A stretch of DNA of 62,142 bases, the filler included, from Basidiobolus ranarum (taxonomy: Eukaryota), in NCBI GenBank assembly GCA_040143965.1. It is 9 parts of 9 records of this genome, joined end to end, with 100 filler letters (N's around TTAATTAATTAA, not from the genome) between each part and the next. Parts side by side here need not be neighbours in the genome. Positions count along the whole stretch, not along the records: positions 48,437 to 55,240 come from JASJQH010008116.1; positions 55,341 to 62,142 come from JASJQH010008117.1; 7 more parts are not named here. The stretch is one strand, 5' to 3'. Position numbers and translations under genes: made by a program. Within the stretch, counting starts at the first letter, position 1; every line of letters begins with the position of its first letter. Positions 49,043 to 62,142 of the stretch are shown in pieces. Under the pieces are notes generated by a model, which was not told the DNA's origin, ran no database searches, and saw only the letters and a program-made list of their open reading frames with translations.

Positions 49043-52000
49043 TTTGTATTTCTCTTACTTCTAACTTATATGTCAATAATTCAAATTGTGCTTCAGATAA
49101 AGGTTCAGTGAAGATGGCAGCAATTAATTCTTTAATAGGGCATAATACTACTTCTATTGTATCATTCTCTATTGCTTCTCTAACAAATGATGCTTAATAT
49201 TCATATTTTTTGTTCTAGCATGAAACATAGGGTTTTTAGCTCAGGAAGTAAAACTCTGATTATGTTCAAATACAGCAATAGCACATAATTGCCTGTATCC
49301 TAAGTCTTTAAGTAACTTACTTAACCACATGTCTTTTGTGTAGTAGCAGATGCAGCCATATACACTGCTTCTGTAGTCTGAAGTACTACAGTTGGTTGCT
49401 TCTTCCTATTCCAAGTTATGGTTCCATTACCATAGAGAAAAGAGTACCCCATGGTTGATCTTCAATCATCAAGGTTTCTTCCCCAGTTTGAATCACTGCA
49501 GCCTTCAAATTTTTGTGCATCAGAAGTAGCAGAATAATCAAGAACTAAATCTACAGTTCCTCTCATATACCTGAATAAATGTTTTACTGCAGTTTTTTGC
49601 TCAGATCCTGGATTTTTGAGATATCAGCTGACAGTTCCCACAGCCAGAGCAATATCTGGACATGTACCAACCATTGTATACATTAATCTGCCCATCATGG
49701 ATTGATAAGAGAACTCCTGGCTGAGATTTGAGTCATGTTGGGCCAAATTGGACAATGTTTTGATTAATTTCACATTGGGATCCATTGGCATTGATACAGG
49801 CTTGTTATTCTCCATGCTGAAGTGCTTTAGGATATCCAGCATGTATCTAGACTGATTCAGCATGATTTTTTGAATGGGCTTATCTCTATTGATTTGGATT
49901 CCAAGAAAGTAACTTAATTCACCCATATCGGTCTTCTGAAATTGGTGTGATAAGCTGCTTTTCATCTTATTAAGTGCTTCTAGATCATTTGCAGCTATGA
50001 TGAAGTCATTGTCATACAGTGCCAAGATAAGGATCCTATTTCCGGTTGATCTGATGTAAATACTGTGATCTGCTGTGCATTTTTGGAATTCCAATGATTC
50101 CAAATAGGTACCTAGCTTGTATCACCATGCCCTGGGTGCTCACTTGAGTCCATATAGTGATTTTTGCAGCATACAGATCATGTAAGATGTTTTTGATGAA
50201 CAAATCAATCTGGCTGCTCCATATAGAACTCCTCTTCTGAATTTCCATTCATCAAGGCTGTTTATACTTCCATTTAATGCAAATCAAGGTTTTGGATGGT
50301 TGAGAGTGCCAGGATTAATCTGATGGAGCTAAACTTGTTTGCTGGAGCAAAGGTTTTATTAAAATCAGCTCCTGAGTGTGAGAATAAACTTTTTTCAACT
50401 AATCTTGCTTTGTACTTTTATATGGTTCTATCAATTGGTTTTTGACTTTGTAGACCCATTTGCAACATGTTGGGTTTCTCCCTGATGGTAGAGGACTTAA
50501 AACCCATGTTTGTTGTTGTGAGGTAAAGAAAACTCATCAGACTTTGCTTTCTCCCATAATATTTATTCTGGACAATCCTAAGCTTGATCTAGCATTAGTG
50601 GCTTATCACAGAATGCCGCATAACCATATACATTATCATTGAAAGTGTTCTACCAGTTCCCTGGCTTATTTCTTTCCTGCATAAGCTTATGGATCCTAAA
50701 TTATCCTCTGATGTAATTAGGACTGGAATTTTTGTTGAGAGGGGCTCAGATACAGCTGGAACTTTGTCAGACACTGCCTGAAAAGTGCTGATTATGCTTG
50801 CTGGATCAAGAACTGTGACTTGTGGTGAAACATTTGCTTTTCAGCAAAATTTACATCTCTGCACTTAATTAACTTCCGATTTTTGATAGTAAACAGTCAG
50901 TAGGCCTTGCATTAATCACAGTAACTAAGAAACATGCATTTTAGGCTTTTGGGTTCCAATTTAGAGCAGTTTTGAGCTGGAATTATGCAATACACTGTGC
51001 AATCAAAGATCCTGAGATGATCCACACTTGGTATTGTTCTATATAAGGCATCAAATGAAGTAGAATTAAGTAGCAATCTTGTTGGGCATCTGTTTTTGAT
51101 ATAGACTGCCATGGAGACACAATCAGTCTAATATTGGTAATCAAACTTTTGCTCATGTAATATTGATTTAGCCATCTCCACTGTTTTCCTATTAGTGCGT
51201 TCTTCAACTTCATTTTGTTGTGGAGTATAAGGTACAGTAGTTTCATGCTTAATTTGATATTTATAACAGAAACTACAGATGAGTTTCAAGCAGGAATACC
51301 AATCTTTCTTGTTTTTACATATGTTGGGAAGCTCCTGAATTGATGTACCATGTTTTGGAATCTTCTTTACTGGTTACTGATAGGGCTGACACAAATAGAT
51401 GATCCCTATCAGTGCTTACTTGACTTTCCTGATCCAATTTTTCTTATTTGCAATGATCCTTTTTGTGCAATCTTTGATTAAATGGCATGGTTTCTTGCAA
51501 TACTTGCAGCTGATGGCATTTGTATTAGGGGCACCATTATTGAAGCTCTGTTGGATGGTTTACAGCTCCAAATAATGCCTGATCTGCATTATTTGGCTGA
51601 GAATCAGATCTCCTGAATTCCTCATTCAAAAGCATAGCATAAATATATTCCATTGTTAAAGGCTCTGATCTCATTTCTGTGGCAATTATAAGATTCCCAA
51701 ACCAGTCTGGCAGGCTCCCAAGTAGTGTCATGACTAAGTCTTCTTCATTTAGAGGTGCTCCAATAGAAGAGAGCTGATATGCCTTACCTTTTCCAATTTT
51801 TATGATTAAGCATAGATTCATCTGAATTCATCTAAATTGAGAATGATTTCTCCCCAAGATTTAGCCTATTAGTCAGACTTTCAGTCTCATATAGTTCCTC
51901 AAGTGTTTCCCAAGCAGTGTAGATATTTTGGCAGATGGTATATGCCTCATTTGAGAGTCTCCTAGATTTAGACACAGTGTAGAGAATGCTTCCTATGCTT

Positions 52001-52463
52001 CTTGTGAAAGGCAAGGAAAGCTTCTGGTGGTCCCTTTGTCTATATTTCTTCTCCTGTATCAAATGCCCAAATGTTCTAGTCTTCTAGCACCATTTGCATC
52101 TTGAACTTCCAAAGGTGAAAGTCTTGACCATCAAACTTCTCTGTGGATGCAAAAACATTGATAATAGTTCTGAACTGGACACTTAAGTTTTATTGAATTG
52201 AATATATCTTATTGATAGTTTACTGTGAAATAGGACTATTGCATGTGCTTAGTTCTGAACAAACATGACTGTCAAGCAGGAGTTAAAATATAAGATGATT
52301 TGGAGAGGTTTTAGATAATTAGTGAAAATTGGTAAATATATGATATTTCTATCAAATAGAGCAATAAACACATGTTTTGGAATGGCAGAATTGAGTGCTA
52401 AACAATCAGAATATGAATAAACTAACTACTGAATAATGAGTTGCTATTTACCTAATTTCAACA
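49043..52463 (-). mobile_element. Degenerate Ty1/copia family A element (5' LTR about 52177-52463, gag, integrase, RT, RNase H)
   Basis: FDGQDFHLWKFKMQMVL; EEDLVMTLLGSLPDWFGNL; zinc knuckle CKYCKKPCHLIKDC; YIKNRCPT...KLEPKSLKC; DMGELSYFLGIQI; YQSMMGRLMY...PDIALAV. Many stops and frameshifts. Confidence 0.92.
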
Positions 52464-52780
52464 TTCTCAGACATCCTGAAATGCTTTAACGAGCAGAATA
52501 TCAAGTATGCATCCACACCAATTAATCCCATGTGAACTTAATCAAAATTTGATCTAATTAGGCCCAAAATGACTTAAATCAAAGCCAGGAGTTCCATTAC
52601 CAATCCATGGTAGATAGTTCAAGGTATTCAATGGTTTGAACACATCCAAACATTGCTGTGGCTGTAGGGGCTGTCAGCCCTCATCTTAAAAATCCAGGAT
52701 CTGAGCACAAAACTGCAGTAAAACAAATATTCTGGTATTTAAGAGAAGCTATAGATCTAGTTCTGGAATACTCTGCCATT
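52464..52780 (+). mobile_element. Copia RT fragment
   Basis: Aligns with 59895-60220 (aatccaggatctgagcacaaa...; KNPGSEHKTAVKQI). Confidence 0.8.
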
Positions 52781-53273
52781 CCCAAAAGGAATATCATGCT
52801 ATGTGGGACTCAAATTTTACTACTACAGAACTGGCTGCTTTGACTATTAACCATATATGTAATAGGGTAATGTAAGCCATTCAAAAGTTTTATCAACAGA
52901 AAATATCATAACATGCATTTGAAAAAATACTGCATCAGTATTTGGGCCAGTTCCTAGCTCCTCAATGCCTCCTATCATGGGCATTATATTGCTGAAAAAT
53001 TCATCTGCCAAGTTTTCTCTTTATTCTGGAATTGGCTTTTCATGTATGTTGGTTTTTGCTTGGATAGAAATTTGAATTCATGTTGCAGCCATGTTTTCAA
53101 TAGCATTGAAATCTTGAGTTGGTAAGTTGAGTGTGACCAAATAACTATGATATGACTAAATTAACCTAAAACATAATGCAAAATCTTAGCTACTTGCATA
53201 TTGCTTGATGACTCATGTGTGACACAGCCTAAGAATGGGATAATCTTTTTGATTTTGTAATGTTTCAACATTG

Positions 53274-55240
53274 CCCCTATGAAATTAGTACTAACAGTAA
53301 TTAGAGGAATGGCATCAGAGGAAAACTATATCAATTTTAATCTATTTTGGATTGACCATTTACTTACCATCATAGAATTCTAAAATTAGATTTAATTTTA
53401 ATCAATTGTTTCAGTTTAGGAGTGAAATTTCATGATCTTGCAAAATAGTTGCACATGATTGGCTAAAATCTCAGAAAACTATAGATCAACATATGTGCAA
53501 AAAATGTAACTCAAATATTGCATGTATACCACTTCACTGCTAATCTCACCTTTGTAGATTCTTATATTCTTTAATACATTCTCCTGAATATTTTAAAGAG
53601 TTGTTTATACCTAAGGTTTAGCTCATATCCAACACAAGTTTCTATCAATATCTCTATCAAAGCCCACAATTGTATTAATGTTGCTGAATCAACATTCTTC
53701 CAGCTATCTGGTTCCTACCCTGCAATATTGTGCCACTCTGTATTAAATTCTTCCCAGATATCTGCACAGTCAAAACCATGTGAATTTCAAGTGAATGCCA
53801 TTCTTTTGCAATCACTTTATGCATACTTGCCCTGCATTTTTCCTGTCATACTTTTGAAAAAACTCCTCAGGCACTTTTACTTTTTTATACAACCAGGTAG
53901 TGTTACACTACTGAGATTGATTTGCTGTGTTTGTGTGGCTGTTTTCTTACCTTCAAGTTTGGGACTAATTTGAACACTTTGAGAAGTACCAGTTGAGGTT
54001 GGAGAGCCATGACTTTATTTGCTAATGTTTTGGCTTGTTGAGAGGTGCCATGTGTTAGATAAACTTCCAAATTTAGCACTCTTTCAAACAGTGTACCTGG
54101 TTCCATGGTAAAATTAAGCCTTTTTGCCAGTATATCAGTACAGATCTTCAGAATGGTGTGAAGAATTTGATAAATGTGCTAGTAGAGCCTAAACCCACTG
54201 GCCCCTTTGCTTTTCCTGTGGGTTTAATAACTTCCTGCTTCATGAGTACTTCTTTAGCTGCTTTTCCTTTTGTGCCAGCAGGCTTTTGCTTGAAAGCCAA
54301 TTTTGATCTAAATTTTGAATGTGTTTTGAATGGCAATGAAATTTTTCATATGGCAAACTTGGTCTAACAAAGTTACCAAGAAACAGCTTATATAAATCAA
54401 AATTGCAATCCTTTACAAGAAATATGCTCTAAATCCCCTGAAGACTCACCTGGGACATTGTCTCAGAAACAGCTGATGATATATCTGATCAATATCCTTC
54501 TCCTGCCAGAAAACAAAGTTTAAAAAAGCACTGCTATTATTGTCACAAGCTCCAGTGCTATGAAAGCCAGAGGCTTTGAAGAAAAAATAATCACAAGCAT
54601 AGTCACTGTACAAAGCCACCAGCTGCACAAAGCCTGGAGAATATCAACAGTTATAAGTGCACATAATTGACTTGAGTTTTGCCTACTGAGTCCACTGACA
54701 GTACTTTGCCTCAAAGTTTTGATGACACTGCTAAAAGTTGAGATACAATGGAGTTATGACAATTCTACAAACAAAATGATGCAGGTAGAAATGCTACTTT
54801 GGTCAAACCAGTAACTCCAGCCAACTTTGTGGACATGCTGCTAGATGTTGACCTTGATTATTTCAGTACTGAAGGTGGTACAGCAGAAGGTGAAGAATAC
54901 AATGGTTTTGTTACAAACTCTTTCATATTTGGTTTGCATACCATTGATTCCCCATCTCAAAGTTTTGATGAAATGACCAAAATATGGATCATTGATCCAA
55001 TACAAAAGTACTCACTGTAAAACTGATGGAATTACCAATATACTTGATGGATATCACTACTAGAATCTGAAAAGTTGAGGTTTCTTTGAGAACATGTATG
55101 ATCATGCATTTGCATTGGCTCTGGATGGTTTCTCACTGAACAAATATATCATTGGAAACACTTGCTGGCCAATAATTTTAATTAACTTAAATCTTCCTCC
55201 TTCTGAATGATATAAGAGTCATAATATTTTGATACTATCC
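53274..55240 (+). mobile_element. CMC/EnSpm element: 5' terminal region and Transposase_21 (Tnp2)-like remnant
   Basis: FFENMYDHAFALALDGFSLNKYIIGNTCWPIILINLNLPPSE*YKSHNILIL near 55080-55240. The 5' region is homologous to 55341-56000 (minus), 56749-57600 and 62032-62142. Confidence 0.78.
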
Positions 55241-55340
55241 NNNNNNNNNNNNNNNNNNNNNNNNNNNNNNNNNNNNNNNNNNNNTTAATTAATTAANNNN
55301 NNNNNNNNNNNNNNNNNNNNNNNNNNNNNNNNNNNNNNNN

Positions 55341-56000
55341 TTCGGGTCAGTTTAAGCCTTCAAGAGCTGCTTCTGTGAATCACTTACTTTCTCAATAGAT
55401 TGGTACTCAGTGCCAACTTGTTCCTCTTTAGCATGGGTAGGGATATAATAATAAAAAACAGAGTGTAAGTAGCAGAAAGTGGTTTCAGAAGAAGAATATT
55501 CAACTTGACATTTAGTCTGATGTTAACCATGCTTATATCTGGGAAAAATTAAATTTAAAGTGGCACATTATTGCAGGGTATCCACCAGATAGCTGGAAGA
55601 ATGTTGAAGCAGCATCATTAATACAAATGTGGGCTTTGATGGAGATATTGATACAAACTCATGTTATATATGCGCAAAACCTTGGGTATGTAGAACTCTA
55701 TACTAATATTCAGGAGAATATATTGGGGATTTTGAAAGTAACAAATTAACCTTGAAGTGGTAAATGTATAAAATTTGAGTTAAATTTTTTGTGAATGTGT
55801 TGATGCATAGTTTTCTGAGACTGTAGCCATTGATGTGCAACTATTTTGCAGGATCTTGAATTTTCACTCCTAAAACCAAAAAAATTGATTAATATAAATC
55901 TAACTTGACTATTCTACAATAGCAGGTAAATGGTCAATTAAAAATGGATTAAAATTGTGATGGTTTTCTTACTATAACAATCCTCAAACTTCTGTAAGGG
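55341..56000 (-). mobile_element. CMC/EnSpm 5' terminal region
   Basis: Reverse complement begins CCCTTACAGAAGTTTGAGG and aligns with 53274-53830. Confidence 0.7.
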
Positions 56001-56748
56001 ATTAGTGCAGAAAGAGCTAGAAGAAATATTATGCATGTGGAATATTGTCCAACAGACAATATGATAGCTAATGTTCTGACTAAAGTACCAGCAATGGAGA
56101 AGTTTGACAGCTTGGTGAACTTGATGGGACTTGAAAGTTCCTAGTAAGACAAACTTAGTATATGTAAGGCATCCCTCACCCTACATAATAAGCAGCTCTA
56201 TCCATGGTTACATTCCATGATCATACAACCATTCTTAAATCACCAATTATAGACACTCAGCCACTAAGCTTTTCCAACAGTCCTATTTCCCAATAAGCTA
56301 TAAATTGGACATATTCAATTCAATAAGTCTTAAGTATCTAATTGACAAATCCAAATGTCATTCAAAAAACTTCCAAATCCCCAAAACACTTATTTCAGAT
56401 TATGAACCCCAAGCTAGCTGTCAAGGGAATGTCTACCAGCACTATAACCAGCATTGTTGCAACCATGTAGAAGTTTGATGGAGAAGATTTGCATTGGTGG
56501 AAGTTCAATGTGCAAAATAAGTTATAAGGCAAGAACCTTGTGTGATTTTTTGTTGGAGATAAAACAGAGTCAAAGAGGCCACCAGAAGCTATCCTTGCAT
56601 TTTGAAAGAAGCAGAGGAATGCAGCTTTCTAACTTTGTCTGCAGCTGAGAGACTCCAAATTAAGTTACATACACTCAGTTAAAAATATCACAATTCCTGG
56701 AAAACACTTCATTTTCTATATGAGACTAAATATCTAGCTAATAGACTG
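56001..56748 (+). mobile_element. Copia fragments: RNase H end, LTR remnant, PBS and gag start
   Basis: HVEYCPTDNMIANVLTK; an LTR end ...acacttatttca followed by gattatgaaccccaagctagctgtc (the same PBS and leader as 35700-35737); gag VEKFDGEDLHWWKF. Confidence 0.75.
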
Positions 56749-57600
56749 CCCCAACAAAAGTTTGAGGATAGTTATAGTCAGAAAAACGGCATAATTTGAT
56801 CCGTTTTGTGTTGAACATTAACTTATCATCAGAAAGTCAGCAAGTTAGAATGGATTTTCATCACTTTTTGCAATGAGTAGAGTGATTTTTAAGGGTCTTG
56901 CAAATAGTTACACATGATTAGCTACAATATCTGAGAACTATAGATTAACACTTGTATGAAACATGGTAACCTAAATTTAAACATTTAGCACTTGAACACT
57001 AACTTCTTGCATTAGAAATCCTTAGTTTCTTTGAAATATTCTCCTGAATATGATTAGACAGTACTTCATACCCAAGATTTGGCTCATAGCCAACCCAAGT
57101 GTATATCAACTCCTCCATCAAAACCTACCATTATAATAATGTTGCTGAATCAACATTCTTCCAGCTACCTGGCAGATACCCTGCAATATTGTGCCACACT
57201 GTGTTATGTTTTTCCCAGACATGGTCAATATCAAACAGAATGTCAAGCCAAATGTTCTCTTCTGCAGCTACTTTCTGAATACTTCCATTGCATTTTTGTG
57301 TTCATATTTTTGAAAATGCTCTAGGTGTGCCTTGTGGGGTCTAGATGGCTTTTTGCTGGCCCTCAAGTTTGAGGCTAGTTCAAACAGTTTGAAAAGTACC
57401 AGTTGTGGTTGAAGAGTAGTGAGTATTAATTGCTGTAATCTCAGCTTGAAGAGAGGTGGCAGGTATTGGATAAACTACCAACTTTTGAGCTCTTGCAACT
57501 AGTGTTCTTGTTTGCATAGTAAAATCAAGCCTCTATGACAGAATATATGTGGTATATCTAACTCAGGAAATAAAGGTCTTTGGATTGGTGTGAAGTAGTT
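56749..57600 (+). mobile_element. CMC/EnSpm 5' terminal region inserted in copia gag
   Basis: Starts ccccaacaaaagtttgagg and aligns with 53274-54160. Confidence 0.7.
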
Positions 57601-57999
57601 GGCAAATGAGAAGTATAACCAAAATTCACTGGCTCCTTTGCTCTTCCCTTGGGTTTGGTTACTTCCTACCTCTTGAGTACAGCATTAGCTGCTTTTCGTT
57701 CTTTTTCAAGTCCATAATTGTGTTCATTTTCAAGATGTCTCATGAGTTGGCCTATACCAGCCCAGTTTGCAAAAACCTAGGATATGCCAGTTGAAATAAG
57801 TCCAGGACCTTCTGAGTGACACCTAGTCTTTAGTTTTCCCACAACTAGCTCAAATTGAGATGGTTTCAGGAAAGCTTCCATATGTATTTTAAAGTGTTAA
57901 ACCATTCATTATTAGTGCAAGTAACAACAGCTCTGAGATTCAGAGTCTTGTGGTTTCTTGATTTTAAGATCAGATTTCTACTACCAAATTAGCTACAGG

Positions 58000-60893
58000 G
58001 ATCAAAACTCATATGTTATACAAGCTAGAAATAACAAATTGCAATCTGAGCATGCAAATTTGGCCAAAACCAGTGAATTAAGCTGTTAAACATGGCATAT
58101 AAGATTAGGCCACTTTGGGAAACAAAAACAGACCCTAAAGTTCCAAAATCAGCTTGTTTCAGGTTTAGGAATTGAAAATATGAGCAAATTGGATCTGTGC
58201 AAAGGATGCATATATGGAAAACACCAAAGACAGGCATATTCAAGCTCTGGAGAGATTATCTATGTGGGCCCATGTAAATTGTCTCACTAGGAGGCAAAAG
58301 GTTTTCTATTAACTTTGTTGATGACAAAACAACAATTACATTGGTCTTTATCAAATCAAAATCTGAAGCCTTATATAGATGTAGGTACTACAAAACAAAG
58401 GTAGAGAAACAATCAGCACAAAAAATACAGGCACTAATGAGTGATAAAGGTTGAGATTAATTCTCTGAAGACTTTGCTACTTTTTGTTCTAAATATGGAT
58501 TTATGCAACAAACTGATGGACCTTATACTCCATAGCAAAGTGAATTTACAGAACATGCCAATAGGACCGTAGTGGAGATGGTAAGATCAATGTAACATAT
58601 CAAGAAGTAGATTACCATAGTAGGCTGAAATTGTCTCTACTGCAGTGCATACCAGAACAGATACCCACTAAGAATGCTACATAAATCTACTCCATTTGAA
58701 GCCCTGTACAGATTAAACCAAGTGTGGATCATATTGGGATCTTTGGTTGAACAGCATGATGCCAAATTCCAGCTCAAAAATGCTCTAATTTGGAATTCAA
58801 AAGTAGAAAATGCATATATCTTGGTTAATGTGATGGATCTAAGGCTTAGAGACTGTTTGATACCAAAATTCATAAAATGGCCAAGTGTAGAAATGTGATC
58901 TATGATGACAGAGCAAAGTTTTCATCTCAAATCACAATTCTTTATTCAGAAATCATAATTACCACAATTCAGGAAGTTTCTGAGAGAAATACAGCAGTAT
59001 CTGAGCCTTATTCAACTAAAAATCCAGCCCCAATTATACCAGAGGGTCATTTGGGCCCTAGAAGATCTTCCAGAGGGTGTAAAATGCCAGAGAACCAGTG
59101 GAACACCTTGACTGATGATGTCTATGCTTATGCAGCTTTTTGTGACAAACTTCAGACTCTTGAGCAAGCTCTAGAGTATCCAGAATCAAAGTTCTGGGAA
59201 AAAGAAATGTCCAAAGAGTTTTCTTCACTTTTGGAGAATAAAATGTGGTTTTCAAGTCCTCTACCATCAGGAAGCAGGCCAATAGGTTGCAAACAGCTAT
59301 ACAAAGTCAAAGTCAAGCTGATGCACCCACAAAAAGGTACAAAGCCAGATCAGTTGCAAAAATTATTCTCAGACTCTAAGAGCTGATATTAAAAACCTGT
59401 TGCCCCAGTAGCTAAGTTTAGCTCCACTAGATCAATCCTGGTACTCTCAGCCATCCATAAACTTAATATACATCAAATGGATGTAGAAATAGCCTTTCTG
59501 AATGGAAATCTAGAAGATTTTTATGGAGCAACCAGATTGGTTTGTTTAACTGGAACACCCTGATATGGTCTGTAAACTGCAAAACTAGCTATATGGACTC
59601 AGGTAATCACCCAGGGTATGGCACAACAACACAGATACCTATTTGGAATCACATGAATTCAAAAATGCACAGCATATCACTGTATTTACAACAAAGCAAC
59701 CACAAATACAATCCTTATCTTGGCACCATATGTGAATGACCTGCTCATAGCCACAAATGATGTAGAAGCTCTTAAGCAGACAAAAAGCATCTTATCAAAC
59801 CAATTTCAGATAATGGATATGGGAGAATTAAGTTAATTCCTTGGAATACAAATCAAGAGAGATAAACCCAATCAGGAATTCATACTAAATCAGTCTAGAT
59901 ACATCCTGGGCATTCTGAAATGCATCAACATAGAACATAGCAACTCTGTATCAACATTAATGGATATCAATGTGATGTTAATAAAAATATGAATCAATTT
60001 GGCCCAAAATGACACAAATCAAACACAGGAACTCCCTTATTAATTGATGGTGGGTAGTTTAATGTACACAATGGTTCAAACACATCCAGAAATTGTGTTG
60101 GCCGTAGGTCTGGTCAATCAAAGTCTCAAAAATCCAGGATCTGAGCACAAAGCTGCAGTAAAACAAATACTCAGGTATTTGACAGGAACTGTAGATCTAG
60201 TTCTGGAATACTCTGGCACTCCTGATGCACAAAGCACTGTGGTTAAGGAAGTTACTTACAGACTTAGGATACATGCAAAAACATGCTATTACCATATTTG
60301 AAGATAAGCAAAATTAAATTTAATTTGTTAAAAACCCTACATTTCATGCTAGAGCAAAAATATAGATACTAGGCCTCACTTTGTTGGAGATGCAATGGAG
60401 TATGATATAATAAACTGGTCCTTTGCCCTACTGAAGAAAAGATTGCTGACATCTTAACCAAACCTTTAGCTGAAGACAACTTGAACTATTAAGACATAAG
60501 TTAGATTCAAGAGAAATACAAAATGATTAGCTGAGTGGCAATATTTAAATTAGAGAAATAGCCACTCATTATTTAGTCATTTGTTTATTCATATTCTGCT
60601 TATTTAGTGCTCAATTCTGCCCTTCATTAATGTGTGTTTATTGCTCTGATTGATGGAAAGAGCAATTAGATCACTTTTACCTATTTTTACTATTCTCTCA
60701 AAACAGCTCCAAATCACCTCAAACTTTCAACCATTCTTTGCAGGCACATTGGTTATGATATAAGCACATCCAATAGTTCTATTTCATATTTGACTATAAA
60801 TAGGATGAATTTAATAAAATAAAATGTAAGTGTCTAATTTGCATATCCAAATCTTGTCCCAAAAACTTCCAAATCCCCTAAACACTTTTCTCA
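58000..60893 (+). mobile_element. Degenerate Ty1/copia family A pol and 3' LTR (60542-60893)
   Basis: Pre-integrase and integrase (CKGCIYGK, NFVDDKT), RT (HQMDVEIAFLNG; MVGSLMYTMVQTHPEI), RNase H (CPTEEKIADILTKPL). The LTR is the reverse complement of 34844-35193. Confidence 0.9.
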
Positions 60894-62031
60894 CCAGAGC
60901 CAATGCAAATTGATCATCTTATGGATTCTCTAATAGACCTTCACTCTTGAAACTCTGGTAGTGATGTTCATCAAGTATAATGGTAATACCATCAGCTCTA
61001 TGGTGAGTACTTTGGTAATGGATCAATGAACTATATTTGGGAGATGTCATCAAAACTTCAAGATGCTAAATCAATGGTGTGTATCCCATATATGATCAAT
61101 ATTAACCTGATTCAGTGATTGCCAATTGTGTGCAAAGAGTACATGAATTCAGGTTCTTCAGATCATTGGTGATAGCCAAATAACCATTTGGAGATGAAAA
61201 TAGATTAACTGCTGAAGAATTGTAAGTCATATAACTGAGAAGTGTTTTTCACTTGTACCAGGTCTGTGGTAAGCAACAATTACCAATCAACTGTAGTAAA
61301 ATTGTAAGAAACCCAAAAAATACCTGGGTGATAAGATTGGATTGAACTCTCCACTCCTGAAGAATCAAAGCTGCATCCATTACTGTAAGTATTATGCATG
61401 GATTAATACTTGCTAATAACAAAGAGTCTGTAACAAAACCATTGTCTTCTTTTTCATCTTTGATCATACTACCATTAGTACTGCAATCACCAAGGTCAAC
61501 ATCTAGCAGCATGTCCTCAAAGTTGTCTCAGCTTACTGGTTTGGCCTAAGTAGTATTTTACCTTTATCATTTGGGTCATATAACTGTGATAGCTCCTTGG
61601 TATCTTGACTTTTAGCAGTGTTACCTGAACTTCAATGTAAAGCACATCCAGTGGGTCTGTGGGCAAAACTAAAGTCAATTTTGTGCACTTATTACTATTG
61701 ATAGTTGTCAGGCTTTGTGCAGCTGGTGCTTTGTACAGTAGTCATGCTTGCAATTATTTCCTTTACAATTCCTCTATCTTTTGTAGCATAAGAATTTGTT
61801 ACAGTAATACCTGGGCTTTTTTAAACATTACTGTTGCAGCATAAGAAGGATATTGTAGCAAAATAACTTCCACTATGTAAGTGTGGTTTGTTATTTATAT
61901 CACAGCAATATGATCAGCTGACTTTCAGAAGATGTCACAGAGGAGCAATCAGGGAGTTCACAAGATATATCTGGGAATGGATGGCAACTTTTGATTTATT
62001 ATAAGCTGTTTATAAGCAAGGTATTTACACC
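60894..62031 (-). mobile_element. CMC/EnSpm transposase 5' region remnant
   Basis: Reverse complement aligns with 54385-55125 (for example MLLDVDL.. in both copies). Confidence 0.75.
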
Positions 62032-62142
62032 CCCTAACAGAAATTTGAGGATTGTTATTGTAGGAAAACCATCACAATTTTAATCCATTTGGGATTGACC
62101 ATTTACTTACTATCATAAAATCATCAAGTTAGATTTGATTTT
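62032..62142 (+). mobile_element. CMC/EnSpm 5' terminus
   Basis: CCCTAACAGAAATTTGAGG..., homologous to the copies at 56000 (minus) and 56749 (plus). Confidence 0.7.

Overview
This is not one continuous locus. Nine short contigs (6829, 6828, 6825, 6820, 6814, 6811, 6809, 6804 and 6802 bp, in descending size order) are joined by identical artificial 100-nt linkers (N44-TTAATTAATTAA-N44), so no synteny can be read across linkers. The source is a eukaryote with short GT-AG introns, most likely an early-diverging fungus. Basidiobolus or another zygomycete would fit, but this cannot be proven from the window. The gene-bearing contigs carry an MDR/quinone-reductase-like gene, a PIC2/SLC25A3-type mitochondrial phosphate carrier, a secreted Ser/Thr-rich protein with repeated 8-Cys CFEM-like domains, a GLUT-like transporter, a small C2 protein, a KICSTOR subunit KICS2/C12orf66 homologue, an MFSD1-like fragment, a PAP2 lipid phosphatase and two small surface or membrane proteins. 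The standout is an intronless, signal-peptide-bearing homologue of the Bacillus manganese oxidase MnxG, a large bacterial multicopper oxidase, with all catalytic copper motifs intact and a TATA box upstream. It is a candidate horizontally acquired and domesticated Mn-oxidising enzyme. Contigs 4, 6, 8 and 9 are nested, decayed transposons (two Ty1/copia LTR families, Ty3/gypsy, PIF/Harbinger, CMC/EnSpm) and are almost devoid of CpG. All family assignments are from motif recognition, not database searches.
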